NCBI GenBank assembly: GCA_036630325.1
Contig: CP142728.1
Location: forward strand, 124,001 to 188,000
DNA from: Vairimorpha necatrix
Lineage: Eukaryota
DNA length: 64,000 bases
Direction: 5' to 3'
Shown here: positions 29,694 through 41,200 of the stretch, piece by piece
Numbering within the stretch: the stretch's first letter is position 1
Layout of the letters: each line of letters starts with the position of its first letter
Notes under the pieces: generated by a model
What the model was told of the DNA's origin: nothing
The model's database searches: none
Seen by the model: only the letters and a program-made list of their open reading frames with translations
Program-made: the position numbers and the translations under genes

Positions 29694-32600
29694 AGTTGAA
29701 TTCAACGAGGAAAACTCATATCAAAGATGAAAAGAAAGAAAAAGAACATACAGAATTTGAAAAAAATATACAAGGAACTGCAGTTAAGAGCAAAGTAAAA
29801 ATTTATAACATTTATGATATTCAACAAGATTTAACCATAAATCAACTCCAAAAATTTGAGATGTTAGCTAAAGCAAATGATTGGAATGACGAACAAATGG
29901 CTTTGATTTACATGGATTGTATACACGATCCAAGAAAAGATTATTTACCATCAGATTCTTATATTGCATTAAGAAAGTCACTGTTGAATTTTATTTATCC
30001 ACCGGAACAAAAAAGACATGCGATACGTGAATTAGATAATACAAGCCAAATAAGTTATTTTAGTATCAAAGAATATAAAGAAACAATCGAGGAAAGACTT
30101 AACAGTTATTCATATTATAATGATCTAAAAAAAAGAGAAGCTCTGCATAAAATGGAAGAAGTATTTTTAAAGGGACTAGGAGATTTCACACATTTAGAAT
30201 TAACAAGACAAAATATGATAAGTAAGGAAATTTATGAAATTTATAATTACCTTGTTCTAATAGAAAATGAAATTTTAACTAAAGTCGAGAAACCCAATAC
30301 CCATTATGAAAAAGAAAATTTTGATTATAACAGAAATACTCAATTTAATAACCCGAAATGGTGCTCACTTCATAAGAGTAACTATACTCATGATACCAGG
30401 CGTTGTTACGCCTTACAGAATAAAAAAAGATTGCCTGAATTTGCAGATCACAAGGATAAAAATATGATTATTAAACAACGTAGCCAATGTCCCGAAGACA
30501 TTACTGTAATAGGAAAAATAGGTAATAAGGATGTGAAAATGCTATTAGATAGCGGATCAAGGAGAAATTATATTACTAAAAGCGCAGTTAATGAATTTAA
30601 TTTAAAGAAAGAAGAATGTGCTAGAATTAAAACCATTTTTGGAAATAATGAAACAGCAGAATCCAATGAAATGGTCAATACTGTTGTTACGATAAAAGAA
30701 AAACCTTTTGAAGTAAAATTTTGCGTTTTAGAAAAATTACCCGTTAATTTTGTTCTAGGGAACGAATTTCTTGACATGCATTGTGCAAAGTTAGATTACG
30801 CCGAAGGAACGGTAGAATTAGATGGACTACGAATTGACATGGTACATAAAGAGGGAAATGCTGAGGAATTGCTAGATAAAGAAATAGTTAATAAATTATG
30901 TCAGGTTAGCGAAAGCGAAGAATTTAATAAACTATTAGACTTCTATATTAAAGAAAACAAAAAATTTACCTCTATGAAAACAAACCTAGCTTCGTTTAAT
31001 GTAATACAACCAGTTTTAAAAACAAAGAAGATTACCTATACAGTTCCATTTAAATATATTGAAAAGGCGAAAATGGAAATTAAAAGACTTTTAGATGCAG
31101 ATATAATTGAAAAGAGTTCTTCTGATATAATAAGCCCTGCATTTTTTATAGAAAAGAAAAATAAAGATTTACGTTTAGTAGTAGATTATAGGGAAGTAAA
31201 TAAAGCTTTACAAGATGACCCATGGATATTGCCCAAAATTGAGGATTGTCTAACAATAATGGGATCTAACAAATTTTTTACGCAGATTGATTTAAGTAAC
31301 GGATTTAACCAGATAAAAATAGATGAACAAAGCAAGAAATATACATCGTTTTTTTTATTAGGACAACAGTGGCAATACAAGAGAATTCCCTTTGGAATTA
31401 AGCCCGGTCCAAAATTATTTCAAAGAAATATTTCAAACATTTTAGGAGATTTCGATAATGTATTTGTTTTCATAGATGATATTGTGATTTATAATAAAAC
31501 AAAAGAAAGTCATTTAATTTCCGTAGAAAAAATACTAGAAACTTTATATAGCAAAAATGTCCAAATAAATTTCGAAAAATCGAAGTTTTTTCAACCAGAA
31601 ATTGAAGTTTTGGGTTACAAAATAAATCACGAAGGAATTTTTCCAAAAACTAATTATTTAAATAATAGAATATTCGAGAAAGAAATAAGAACGAAAAAGG
31701 ATTTACAAAAACTGTTAGGAGTGATAAACTGGTACAGAAAGTTTATTCCAGATCTTTCGATAAGGATTAATAAATTAACAGATATGTTAAAAAACAAGAA
31801 TGAAAATAAAATTAAAATAACGACCGAAATGAGAAAGGAAGTTGACAGAATTAAAGAGTGGATTTTAGGTAATCATATGTTATCATTTCCCGATTACAAT
31901 AGTAAATTTACATTACACGTTGACGCGAGCGAAATAGGTTTAGGAAGTACACTAACACAAAAGGATAAAATCATTAGATATTATAGTAAAAAATTTTCTG
32001 GTCCAGAATTAAATTACAGTATTGTTGAGAAGGAATTTTTGGCAATTGTTTTATCTATGCTCAATTTTAAAAACATAATCCAAGGATCTTATGTAGAGAT
32101 TTATACTGATAGTAAAAATTGTATCTATGAAAATAAAATAGAAACATCAAGAATTAATAGATGGAAATTGTTGTTAAATGAATTTAGTTTTTCACTAAAT
32201 CATATAGATGGTAATAAAAATTGTATGGCAGATAATCTATCAAGAAATTTCATTGGAATCGGAAATAATGAAAACAATAATCACGAAGAAATTATTAAAC
32301 TAAACCAAGAATGTTGTCTCAGAGACAAAAACGGTAACTTTATATTTGATAAAGAAAAGCGCTACATAGTTAAATTTAACCAAGTAAAAAAATTTATATC
32401 ATTTATGCATGAATTTGGACTTCATAGAGGAATTTCTACCCTATATTACAATATAAAGCGCTATTACTATATAAAACGAATCTTTAAAGAAATAAGAAAT
32501 ACCATTAGCAAATGTAAAATTTGTGGAATTTATAAAAATAAGCATCCTAAAAAATATATCACTGGTAATATAGTAGCACAAAGAAAATTTGAAAAGGTAA

Positions 32601-33286
32601 GTACCGATATTTTCGGCCCTTTTAGTCTTGATAATTTTATTACTTCAGAAAGGAAAGAGGTAGGATATATCCTTACCATGACGGATATATATTCCCGATA
32701 TACTAAACTTTATTTCTTATACACTATAAATTCAGACTCGGTGTTAAGATGTTTTGAAAATTGGATTACAACTTTTGGGAAACCAACATCTATAATTTCA
32801 GACAATGGACGCCAGTTTATAAGTAACACAACTAAAGATTATTTAATAAAGGAAAAAATACTACATACCTTGATACCCTCATACACACCAAGCTCTAATG
32901 GTGTATCGGAAGCAATAAATAAAACAATTTCATTCGCCCTGAGCTTCAACAAAGGTTTAAATATACGAGAAGTCGTTATGAAGGCAGAAAATGCGATTAA
33001 TTTCAATTATAATAGAACGATAAAATCTTCTCCATTTTCAATCATTAATGGATTTAATATTTATGACCCATTACAGAGAGATTACAATCATATTAGTGTC
33101 TTAAAAGAAGAAAAAATCTATTTGGTAAAAGTTGGAGACATTTGTAGGGAAAGAATATATAATGCTAAAAAATTAGGACCACAATGGAGCAAGAGGAAGA
33201 AGGTATTATGTGTTGGCAATAAAGGGTACTGGATTAAACTGAAAGGAAATAGTGGATGGACGCATATTAAGAACATTAAACTCTAA
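29573..33286 (+). CDS. Gag-Pol polyprotein (CA-NC-PR-RT-RH-IN)
   Basis: FEMLAKANDW capsid motif, WCSLHKSNYTHDTRRC knuckle, LLDSGS protease, LRLVVDYR/FIDD RT, VDAS RNase H, HHCC and D..SDNG..E integrase in Gypsy order. Confidence 0.95.
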   Translation: MQKNNNKHFLNNKQTRPKEPFTSSLLEAYFQRGFIPRDHLKLNSTRKTHIKDEKKEKEHTEFEKNIQGTAVKSKVKIYNIYDIQQDLTINQLQKFEMLAKANDWNDEQMALIYMDCIHDPRKDYLPSDSYIALRKSLLNFIYPPEQKRHAIRELDNTSQISYFSIKEYKETIEERLNSYSYYNDLKKREALHKMEEVFLKGLGDFTHLELTRQNMISKEIYEIYNYLVLIENEILTKVEKPNTHYEKENFDYNRNTQFNNPKWCSLHKSNYTHDTRRCYALQNKKRLPEFADHKDKNMIIKQRSQCPEDITVIGKIGNKDVKMLLDSGSRRNYITKSAVNEFNLKKEECARIKTIFGNNETAESNEMVNTVVTIKEKPFEVKFCVLEKLPVNFVLGNEFLDMHCAKLDYAEGTVELDGLRIDMVHKEGNAEELLDKEIVNKLCQVSESEEFNKLLDFYIKENKKFTSMKTNLASFNVIQPVLKTKKITYTVPFKYIEKAKMEIKRLLDADIIEKSSSDIISPAFFIEKKNKDLRLVVDYREVNKALQDDPWILPKIEDCLTIMGSNKFFTQIDLSNGFNQIKIDEQSKKYTSFFLLGQQWQYKRIPFGIKPGPKLFQRNISNILGDFDNVFVFIDDIVIYNKTKESHLISVEKILETLYSKNVQINFEKSKFFQPEIEVLGYKINHEGIFPKTNYLNNRIFEKEIRTKKDLQKLLGVINWYRKFIPDLSIRINKLTDMLKNKNENKIKITTEMRKEVDRIKEWILGNHMLSFPDYNSKFTLHVDASEIGLGSTLTQKDKIIRYYSKKFSGPELNYSIVEKEFLAIVLSMLNFKNIIQGSYVEIYTDSKNCIYENKIETSRINRWKLLLNEFSFSLNHIDGNKNCMADNLSRNFIGIGNNENNNHEEIIKLNQECCLRDKNGNFIFDKEKRYIVKFNQVKKFISFMHEFGLHRGISTLYYNIKRYYYIKRIFKEIRNTISKCKICGIYKNKHPKKYITGNIVAQRKFEKVSTDIFGPFSLDNFITSERKEVGYILTMTDIYSRYTKLYFLYTINSDSVLRCFENWITTFGKPTSIISDNGRQFISNTTKDYLIKEKILHTLIPSYTPSSNGVSEAINKTISFALSFNKGLNIREVVMKAENAINFNYNRTIKSSPFSIINGFNIYDPLQRDYNHISVLKEEKIYLVKVGDICRERIYNAKKLGPQWSKRKKVLCVGNKGYWIKLKGNSGWTHIKNIKL

Positions 33287-33296
33287 GGGGGCAGAA

Positions 33297-33524
33297 TGTG
33301 GTATTACAACCACATGTAAAATTCCATTTTCCCAAAATGGAATTTCTTAAATATTTTTTTTAAAAAATATTATTTTTCGACCCCAACAAAAAGAAAGAAG
33401 TAGATGCAGAAAAACAACAATAAACATTTTTTAAATAATAAACAAACAAGGCCCAAGGAGCCGTTTACAAGTAGTTTGCTAGAGGCCTACTTTCAACGAG
33501 GGTTCATCCCTCGTGACCACCTCA
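33297..33524 (+). repeat. 3' LTR
   Basis: Follows the PPT, is identical to the 5' LTR and is followed by the TSD ACTTT. Confidence 0.95.
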
Positions 33525-33699
33525 ACTTTGTATTCTTAAACACAATACAATACAATAATTAATATGAAATGACTTCGAATATTCAATAAAAAACCTCATT
33601 ATATTTAACACATAAATTTTTTTAATAATTATATGCAAATTTTTGCAACAACAAAACAAATTTTAAATTTTTTTTTCATAATTACTTTATTTTATTCCA

Positions 33700-35439
33700 T
33701 CAAATAAAAGGTACAAGTTCCCTATTAAGATATTTGATACACTCATCACTCAATTCAATTTCACCCACAACTCTAAACAAACTTTTTGCCATCTCATAAT
33801 CATTCCCTTGTTTTATTACCTCACAGGCTACTTTTAATACTTTCTCGATAACAAATTTAACTTCAATAAGTTTAAAATCCACAGAAAAAAACGATGTCGT
33901 TTTTAGAGTAAAAATATCCGGACTCTGTAAAAATTTATAAAATTTTAAAAGTATTTCCAATTTTTTCACGTTCGTTGATTGATCTGTCAATTTAATTTCG
34001 TCAAAAATTTTTATCGCGTATTGAATATCTACCTGTGTCAATATTCCTTCAATAAAAATATCAATGAGTATTTCTGTCAGGAGTGTCGTGTCATCTACCA
34101 ATTTGTAGACTTTAATTATCTGTTTTCTGTCGTTAATATCTTTTAAAAGACGTACTACTTTATAATCAATTTTTTTTGATAATGTCAAGCCCAATATATC
34201 AAACATTTTGTATTTTACTATATTTTTAGCTACAATTTCTTCATAATCTTCTGTTATTTCTTCTATAGCAGAAATACAATACAATTTTTTCTGTGTATCT
34301 TTCATTTTTTCACAAATCATGAAAGTTAAGTCGACGAATAAATTTTTATCATTTGATTTTTTAGCTAATTCTTTCATCAAATGATAAGTCGAAAATGTTG
34401 ACAAATCGTTATAAAAACAAAATTCCATAGCTTTATCGTATTGTTTAGTCATTACGTAGACTAACAACAAGCCTCGTTTGCTTTTATATTTATCAAATTG
34501 TTTTCTTATACAATTCGTATCTTTTGTGTTCATCAATTGAAACCAGAGGTAGTCTTCCACGCTACTTATAATTAAATGGTCTTGTATATTATTTTTACCT
34601 TCCATCAAATCATATAAAATTTTTTTAAATCTGTCTTCTTCAAGATTTATATTGCGAAATTTGCCCAGATAAATTTTTGAATGAAGCCAAGAAGAAAAGC
34701 TTTTCTTGAAATCATTTTCTATATTATTAAAATAATCAGTATATTGGTTCATTAAATTAAAAATACTATTTGGCATTCCGCATCTCAAATAGACATAAAT
34801 TTCGGCGAATAAATATCTACCTTCAAATACTTCTAATTTGTATTCTTCACTATTGTATTTCATTTTTACGAATACAGAAACTTTATCTTCAAAAGAATTC
34901 AGAGGTGCTAAAATTTCCGAAGAATTTTCAAGTAAAAATCTGTCAATATATTTTATATACTCGATACCCAAGTAGACGATTTCTTGGTCAAAATCCAATG
35001 ACGAATTTGTCGTAGAAAGAAACTTGTAAATATCGAATAACATAGGATTACCAAATAATTCTTCATTTGGCAATATTCCGAAATCTTTTTCGAAACTTCC
35101 TACGTCGAGATTATTTTTTCCTGACTTGTTTAGATTTTCATTTTGTTTTTTTATTTCTCTTAAATTTTTTTTCAATTGTTCTCTAAAATTTTTTTCAATT
35201 TCTTTTTCATATTCGCCTACTGTTTCTTGTAATTTATTGTAGACAAATCCGTTGATGATACTTTCAATATTGTAATCATTTCTTATTGGTTTTAAGATAC
35301 CAGTGAAATTTGTCCTTACTGGGATTACAGAATATTTTTTATTTTTTAATTGTATTTTTTTTAGATTAGCGACAACTTGGTAATAATTAGTTACTTGTTG
35401 GGATTCCAATACAAAAGGAATTTTAAGTTTATCAGTCAT
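33700..35439 (-). CDS. NIC96: Nucleoporin Nic96/Nup93
   Basis: LFAEIYVYLRCG, EDRFK and SSVEDYLWFQL motifs. Start MTDKL directly after CCCC. Confidence 0.8.
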   Translation of the reverse strand: MTDKLKIPFVLESQQVTNYYQVVANLKKIQLKNKKYSVIPVRTNFTGILKPIRNDYNIESIINGFVYNKLQETVGEYEKEIEKNFREQLKKNLREIKKQNENLNKSGKNNLDVGSFEKDFGILPNEELFGNPMLFDIYKFLSTTNSSLDFDQEIVYLGIEYIKYIDRFLLENSSEILAPLNSFEDKVSVFVKMKYNSEEYKLEVFEGRYLFAEIYVYLRCGMPNSIFNLMNQYTDYFNNIENDFKKSFSSWLHSKIYLGKFRNINLEEDRFKKILYDLMEGKNNIQDHLIISSVEDYLWFQLMNTKDTNCIRKQFDKYKSKRGLLLVYVMTKQYDKAMEFCFYNDLSTFSTYHLMKELAKKSNDKNLFVDLTFMICEKMKDTQKKLYCISAIEEITEDYEEIVAKNIVKYKMFDILGLTLSKKIDYKVVRLLKDINDRKQIIKVYKLVDDTTLLTEILIDIFIEGILTQVDIQYAIKIFDEIKLTDQSTNVKKLEILLKFYKFLQSPDIFTLKTTSFFSVDFKLIEVKFVIEKVLKVACEVIKQGNDYEMAKSLFRVVGEIELSDECIKYLNRELVPFI

Positions 35440-35730
35440 GGGGGTAAATTTCAAAAATCAAAAATTTATTATTTTGTCAAAATGATCGTGATTGTCTTTT
35501 CAAAAGTTATAAAAAAATTGTCTATATGAACTCTTTAAAACTGAATACAAGTACGCTAAACTTGAAGTTTTGTAAAATCTTATTTTTACACTATAGCGCT
35601 GAAGCTAATTAAAAAACATAAGTTTAAAATGGAATTTCACACTCACATATAAACTTAATACAAAACATTTAACTTATTTTTTGTTTTTTTTATTTAAATC
35701 TTATTTTTCCGTTATTTTTTAATCCCCAAA

Positions 35731-37263
35731 ATGAACATTTTTTCTCATCAAAATGTCGGTACCACAGAAGAAAAAGGTCAAGACGCAAAGCGCACAATTC
35801 TTTCCGGTACAAATCTAATAGGCGATATTTGTAAAACAACTCTCGGCCCAAAAGGAATGTTAAAAATTTTAAAAGGCGACACAAAAAATCAAAATATTTC
35901 AAATGACGGCGCTTTTATACTCAAAAATCTTCAAATTGACAGTGCTTCTGCTCGTATTATAATAAATTCTAGTATTGGTCAAGATTGGGAAGAAGGAGAT
36001 GGCACTACTTCGGTAGCTGTACTTTCTAGTATCTTAATTAATGAAATATCAAAATTGAATATACACCCTATAAAAATTATTAGAGGATTGAGAATGGCAC
36101 AAGAAAGATGCGAAAAAGTTTTAAACAAGATTTCGTCAGTGCCCACTGATGAAGATATAAAATCTTTGATAAATACGACTCTTTGTTCTAAAGTATTGAA
36201 ATATGATTTAGAGAAGTTTACTAATATGTGTATAAAAGCTGTAGAAGGTTTAGAAGGCAAGACAGATTTAAATTTGATACAAATTATTAAATGTCCTGGA
36301 AAATTAGAAGATTCGTATCTTGACGATGGATTTATTTTAAATAAAGAGGCAGTTATTAAGACGATAAAAAATCCCAAGATTTTATTGGCTAATACAAGTT
36401 TAGATCAAGACAAAATCAAAGTTTTCGGAGCGAAAATAAATGTGTCTTCTGTTTCTGATCTAGCAGAAATGGAAAGAATAGAAAGAGATAAAATGAATTC
36501 TAAGATAGAGAATATTTGTCAGAATAAAATTGATTGTTTTATTAATAGACAGTTAATTTATGATTACCCCATGCAATTATTAAAGAATAAAGGTGTTCAG
36601 CCTATAGAAAATGCAGATTTTGATGGTATAGAAAGATTAAACAATGTTTTAGGCGGGAAGATTTTGTCTACTTTTGATAATTTAGACGAGTCAGTTTACG
36701 GGACATGTGAAGAAATTAAGAATGTTAATATTGGCGGAAAGAAGTTTATTAAGTTTTCTGGTATTAAAAATGGAGCGAGTACTATTGTGCTTTTTGGATC
36801 TTCCAAGGAGATGTTAGACGAAGCAGAGAGAAGTTTACATGACGCGCTTTGTGTTTTGATTAAGATTAAAGAGAATCCTAAGATTGTTTATGGAGGTGGC
36901 TCATCTGAGATGGCCTTGGCAGTTGAGCTTGCCAAATATGCCCTTGAGATCCCAGGCGTAGAAAGCGAGGCCATTTCTGCTTTTTCTAGTGCTTTACAGA
37001 ATATTCCTGTTATTTTGTCAGAGAATGGCGGCTTTAATGGAAATGAATTAAAAAGTCAGCTTAGGTCTAAGCACAATAGTGGGGCTTATACTTATGGAGT
37101 GAATTTGGAGAAGGGAGTAGTCCAGTGCATGAAGGAATGTCATGTAGTGGACAGTTTTAGAATTAAAAAGCGAGTTATTTGTGCGTCATCAGAAGTGGCA
37201 CAGATGATAATAAAATGTGATGGTATAGTGAAATTACAACCTAGGGAAAGAACAAGGCATTAA
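35731..37263 (+). CDS. CCT2: T-complex protein 1 subunit beta
   Basis: TTLGPKGM, GDGTTSV, FINRQLIYDYP, ADFDGIERL and EAERSLHDALCV. Confidence 0.95.
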   Translation: MNIFSHQNVGTTEEKGQDAKRTILSGTNLIGDICKTTLGPKGMLKILKGDTKNQNISNDGAFILKNLQIDSASARIIINSSIGQDWEEGDGTTSVAVLSSILINEISKLNIHPIKIIRGLRMAQERCEKVLNKISSVPTDEDIKSLINTTLCSKVLKYDLEKFTNMCIKAVEGLEGKTDLNLIQIIKCPGKLEDSYLDDGFILNKEAVIKTIKNPKILLANTSLDQDKIKVFGAKINVSSVSDLAEMERIERDKMNSKIENICQNKIDCFINRQLIYDYPMQLLKNKGVQPIENADFDGIERLNNVLGGKILSTFDNLDESVYGTCEEIKNVNIGGKKFIKFSGIKNGASTIVLFGSSKEMLDEAERSLHDALCVLIKIKENPKIVYGGGSSEMALAVELAKYALEIPGVESEAISAFSSALQNIPVILSENGGFNGNELKSQLRSKHNSGAYTYGVNLEKGVVQCMKECHVVDSFRIKKRVICASSEVAQMIIKCDGIVKLQPRERTRH

Positions 37264-37631
37264 AATAAATAATTTATTATGATAATTTTATATTAGACTT
37301 ATATTTTGATTATATTTGTTTTTTATGTTTACATAGATATGCGTCTTTTTATGCATATGGATTTTTTTAAAATGAAGATTTTTTCATGAATGAAGGGTGT
37401 TTTTTATGAATGAAGTTTTTTTTGTAATTTAAGGGCGTTTTAAAGGAATAAAGAAGTCGATTTAATTGATCAAGATTCAACAGAAAGATATTTTTAAATA
37501 TATTATAGTAAATTATAAATAATTTAATATTTTATTATACAATTGTATATTTTTCATATTTCATTATATATTTGTGTTTTATCTCTGTTTTTCTTTCTTT
37601 TTTTCCCTCGCTTTTTTAATTTCCCTCTTAT

Positions 37632-37641
37632 TTTTCCCGCC
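37632..37641 (+). promoter_or_regulatory. E2F-like element TTTTCCCGCC upstream of histone H3
   Basis: Exact TTTTCCCGCC ~35 nt before the ATG. Confidence 0.6.
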
Positions 37642-37675
37642 TAAAAATATTTAAACCCGTTTTTTTCTTAAGGGC

Positions 37676-38104
37676 ATGTCAAGAGTAAAACAATCAGCTC
37701 GTAAAACAGTAGGAGGTAAAGCACCAAGAAAACAAGTATCAGCCAAGGCTACTAAGAAGACAGTGTCTTCTAGTAACAAGACCACTACGTCACATACAAG
37801 AAGATTCAAGCCGGGTACAGTAGCACTTAAAGAAATCAGGAAGTATCAGAAGTCTACTGATCTTTTAATTAGAAAGAGGCCTTTCCAGAGATTAGTCAGG
37901 AGCATAATGAAGACCAAGTCCGACATGAGATTCCAGGCCTCAGCTATTCTCGCCTTACAAGAGTCAGTGGAGTCATTCCTTACTATTCTGATGGAAGATG
38001 CTTACAGATGTGTCCTTCATGCGAAGCGTGTTACTCTCCAGCCTAAAGATATTTGCTTAGTCTATAAGCTTAAGTATGCACATATGTTGTATTCTGAGAT
38101 ATAA
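37676..38104 (+). CDS. Histone H3 (divergent)
   Basis: [16 protein letters not shown] tail and [29 protein letters not shown]...HAKRVT histone fold. Confidence 0.95.
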   Translation: MSRVKQSARKTVGGKAPRKQVSAKATKKTVSSSNKTTTSHTRRFKPGTVALKEIRKYQKSTDLLIRKRPFQRLVRSIMKTKSDMRFQASAILALQESVESFLTILMEDAYRCVLHAKRVTLQPKDICLVYKLKYAHMLYSEI

Positions 38105-38266
38105 TGTATTAATTAAAAGGGTATTATCTAATCAAGAAAACATTTTATTATTTGTATTTTATATTTATACCAAATTAGTTTGCAATATAATTTAACTATA
38201 TTCTTTAGAAAGACTTGCTTACAAATTTGTTTATATTTAAATTAAAAAGATCAAAATTTAATTTTA

Positions 38267-41200
38267 TTAGTTGCCTATGATTGCGGTTATGTCTACGCAC
38301 ATAATAAGTTCTTTACTTCTCTCATATCCCACTTTATATAACTCTGGTATATTCTTGACTTCTTCCTTTAGATTATCGAGTAGTCCTCTTAGTTCTTTAT
38401 TATTAGACATTTCTAGTATCATTTTAGTCTCTTCTGTCCACTTTACTAATTCTACTAAGATATCATTAATCTTCTCTAAATAGAATTCATATTCGTAAAG
38501 ATTCCCTGGGATGCCTCTGTTCGTCTTACACACGGAAGTGACTGAGAATGTGTCATCTTCTATGTCATGCTGAATATTATTCAGTCTCTTTTTATATTTA
38601 TCAAGTTTTCTCTTATTATTTTCTAAGGCCCTGTAATGTGTCACACATAAGTCCAGTAAATCAAAATTTACTTTTAATATCTTCCAGAGTCTGTAAATGT
38701 CTCTAGTACTTCTGCTTAGTACAAAATATTTAAGACTTCTTTCTGGATCATCTAAATATATTTCATAAATTATCCCGAGATCTTTAAATTTATTTCTATC
38801 TTCTAAATTTCTCAATATTTTATCTTTATAATTACTTGTACTAATATATTTAAAATTAAATATCTCGTGGTACATGTCATTTTCTAAATATACTTCTAAT
38901 AATTTATCCCATTCTTGTAAATATTCATAAATCCATATCTTCTTCTTAACATCAGATCCTTTTACATATAATTCTACCAAATTTATTCTTTCGGAATATT
39001 GATTATTTAATATAATAATATAAACTAGTAATTTATCATACAAGTCATATTTCTTAATAACTCGTTCTAATTCATCTTGTAACTTATTAATTATTAAATA
39101 ATAAATTAATTCATCAAATAATTTATAATATTCTAAAATCTTATGATAATCAGTCTGTAATTCTTCTAAAATGTAAACATCTTCATTTATAAAATGGCAT
39201 ATTTCTTCTATTTTAGAAATATCTTGTATTTTACCATAGTACAAAACTATGTTCTTTTTTATTTCTTCTAGACTGATATTATTCTTAATTAGTTTTATAC
39301 ATCTTTCTAGATTTCTAGTGTACAGAAAACATAAATCAATACGAGAACATTTCATGAAAATGTAGTCGAGAATATCACTGTTATTATTGAAAGCTACAAA
39401 TAAATCGTCAATAAATATTTGTATCTTTGATTTATCTTGTATTGTATTATTCTTTATATAATTATACAATATCTTAATAATATTATTTGTATCACTAATA
39501 TTATATGTGTTACTTCTATCACTGATATTATTAGTACTATTTCTTAGAATTTGATGGTTGGTCCATCTACTTGTAAATTCATATTTGTTGGTTGCGAATT
39601 TGTTTATTATATAAACAAATTCATCATCCAGAACCAAGTCATAATCTTGTATGACTTCATCAATGATATAAATTATATATTTATAGTTTAGATCTTTCAT
39701 TTTCTCTATATTGATATTCTCCATATTGATTTTTATATTATGTTTTATCATCATTTCTATACTTTTAGAATATTCCTCGTTTTTAAAATATTTCTCTATT
39801 TGTTTTTTTATATGTTCTTTATTATAATACGTGTCTATAGAATTAAATCTACTTATGCCGTATATTTCTAAATCTGTAGTGCCTAGTAGCTTGAAATCTG
39901 TATCTGTAAATGTAAAAGTATTATAGAGATATAACTTATCATGTTTTGTATATAATAAACTATCAGATACGTAAAATGATGTAATATTGTCCAATATTAC
40001 ATCATCATATATGAGAGTATTCTGATAGAGTAAATATATCTTGCCATTCTTATAATCTATTGTATATTCACTGGTAATTGGTTTACTTTTGAATATTAAT
40101 TTGTTCTCTTCTGAATATATTTCGCCGTTTGTATTTATAGTAATTATCTTCCCATTAATATTGTGGATATTCAAAATGTCATTTAACCTTTTTATAGGTT
40201 TTTTATGTTTACTATTGTGAATATTACTTGATTCTATCTTACTGTTTTCTATACTAAGAATTTTTATGTCTTTTTTTTTAAAAATTAATTTGTCTTCATT
40301 AATTATTTGTGTGTTTTTAAGACAAATATTATGTTTAAATTTATTTTCTTCTCTTCTTATAATTTCAAATTCCTTATCAAAGACTAATAATCTTTTGCTA
40401 AAAATAATACCAAATTCATCTCTGTCTACTAATATTCTCTTTATATCTTCTTTAAATTCTAATTTAAAATCGTGTTCTGCTAATTTCTTCTTATCAAAAT
40501 TGTAAACTAAAAGATCTTTATAATCAGAAACAAGGAACATGTTCCCGATTTTAGAATATTCCTTATTTATGAAATAATAAAACAAGGTATCATTTTTCTT
40601 TGAGTATACTTTTCTATCATAAAAAGATACAAATTCCCCTTCTAGTTCTGTAATAAATTTTACCCTCCAGTGGCCATCCACAAGGACGAGTAAAGTGATC
40701 AGATTTCCTGTAGCCAAAATCAACTTATTTTCAAATGACTCGCATTTCAAATTATAGAGATTTCCTTGAAGTATCTCTTTTATCAAAGGTATTCTATTAA
40801 AAATACACCCATTATCTTCTATAAATATTATTTCTCTTTCTGTAACAAGTGCCCAATAATTATATCTTTCTATATAACACCCACTTAAACATTTCATTTT
40901 ACATTCACTTATCTTTTCCATTTTCAAATTATAAAACTCGACTTTATTTTCATAAATTAATACGAAAACATCATCACTAGACAAAATCGCCTTACAAATC
41001 TCAGTCTCTAAATTTGTCTCTCCAATTATATCGAAATATTCATTACTAAATAATATCACTGATTTCTTTGTGACTACTAAAGTGTACTTGTTGTTACTAG
41101 TAGCTTCTACTATTTCATCAGTAAAAGATCCAAGTTCTGATTTGTTTAGATTGTGTTTGTTTATCAAGAAAATTGTCTTTTTGTTTTCTACTAAAACAAA

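Larger units (their letters stand above)
29466..33524 (+). mobile_element. Intact Ty3/Gypsy LTR retrotransposon (4059 bp)
   Basis: Identical 228-bp TG...CA LTRs, 5-bp TSD ACTTT (29461-29465 and 33525-33529), PPT AAGGGGGCAGAA (33285-33296) and a single gag-pol ORF. Confidence 0.97.
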
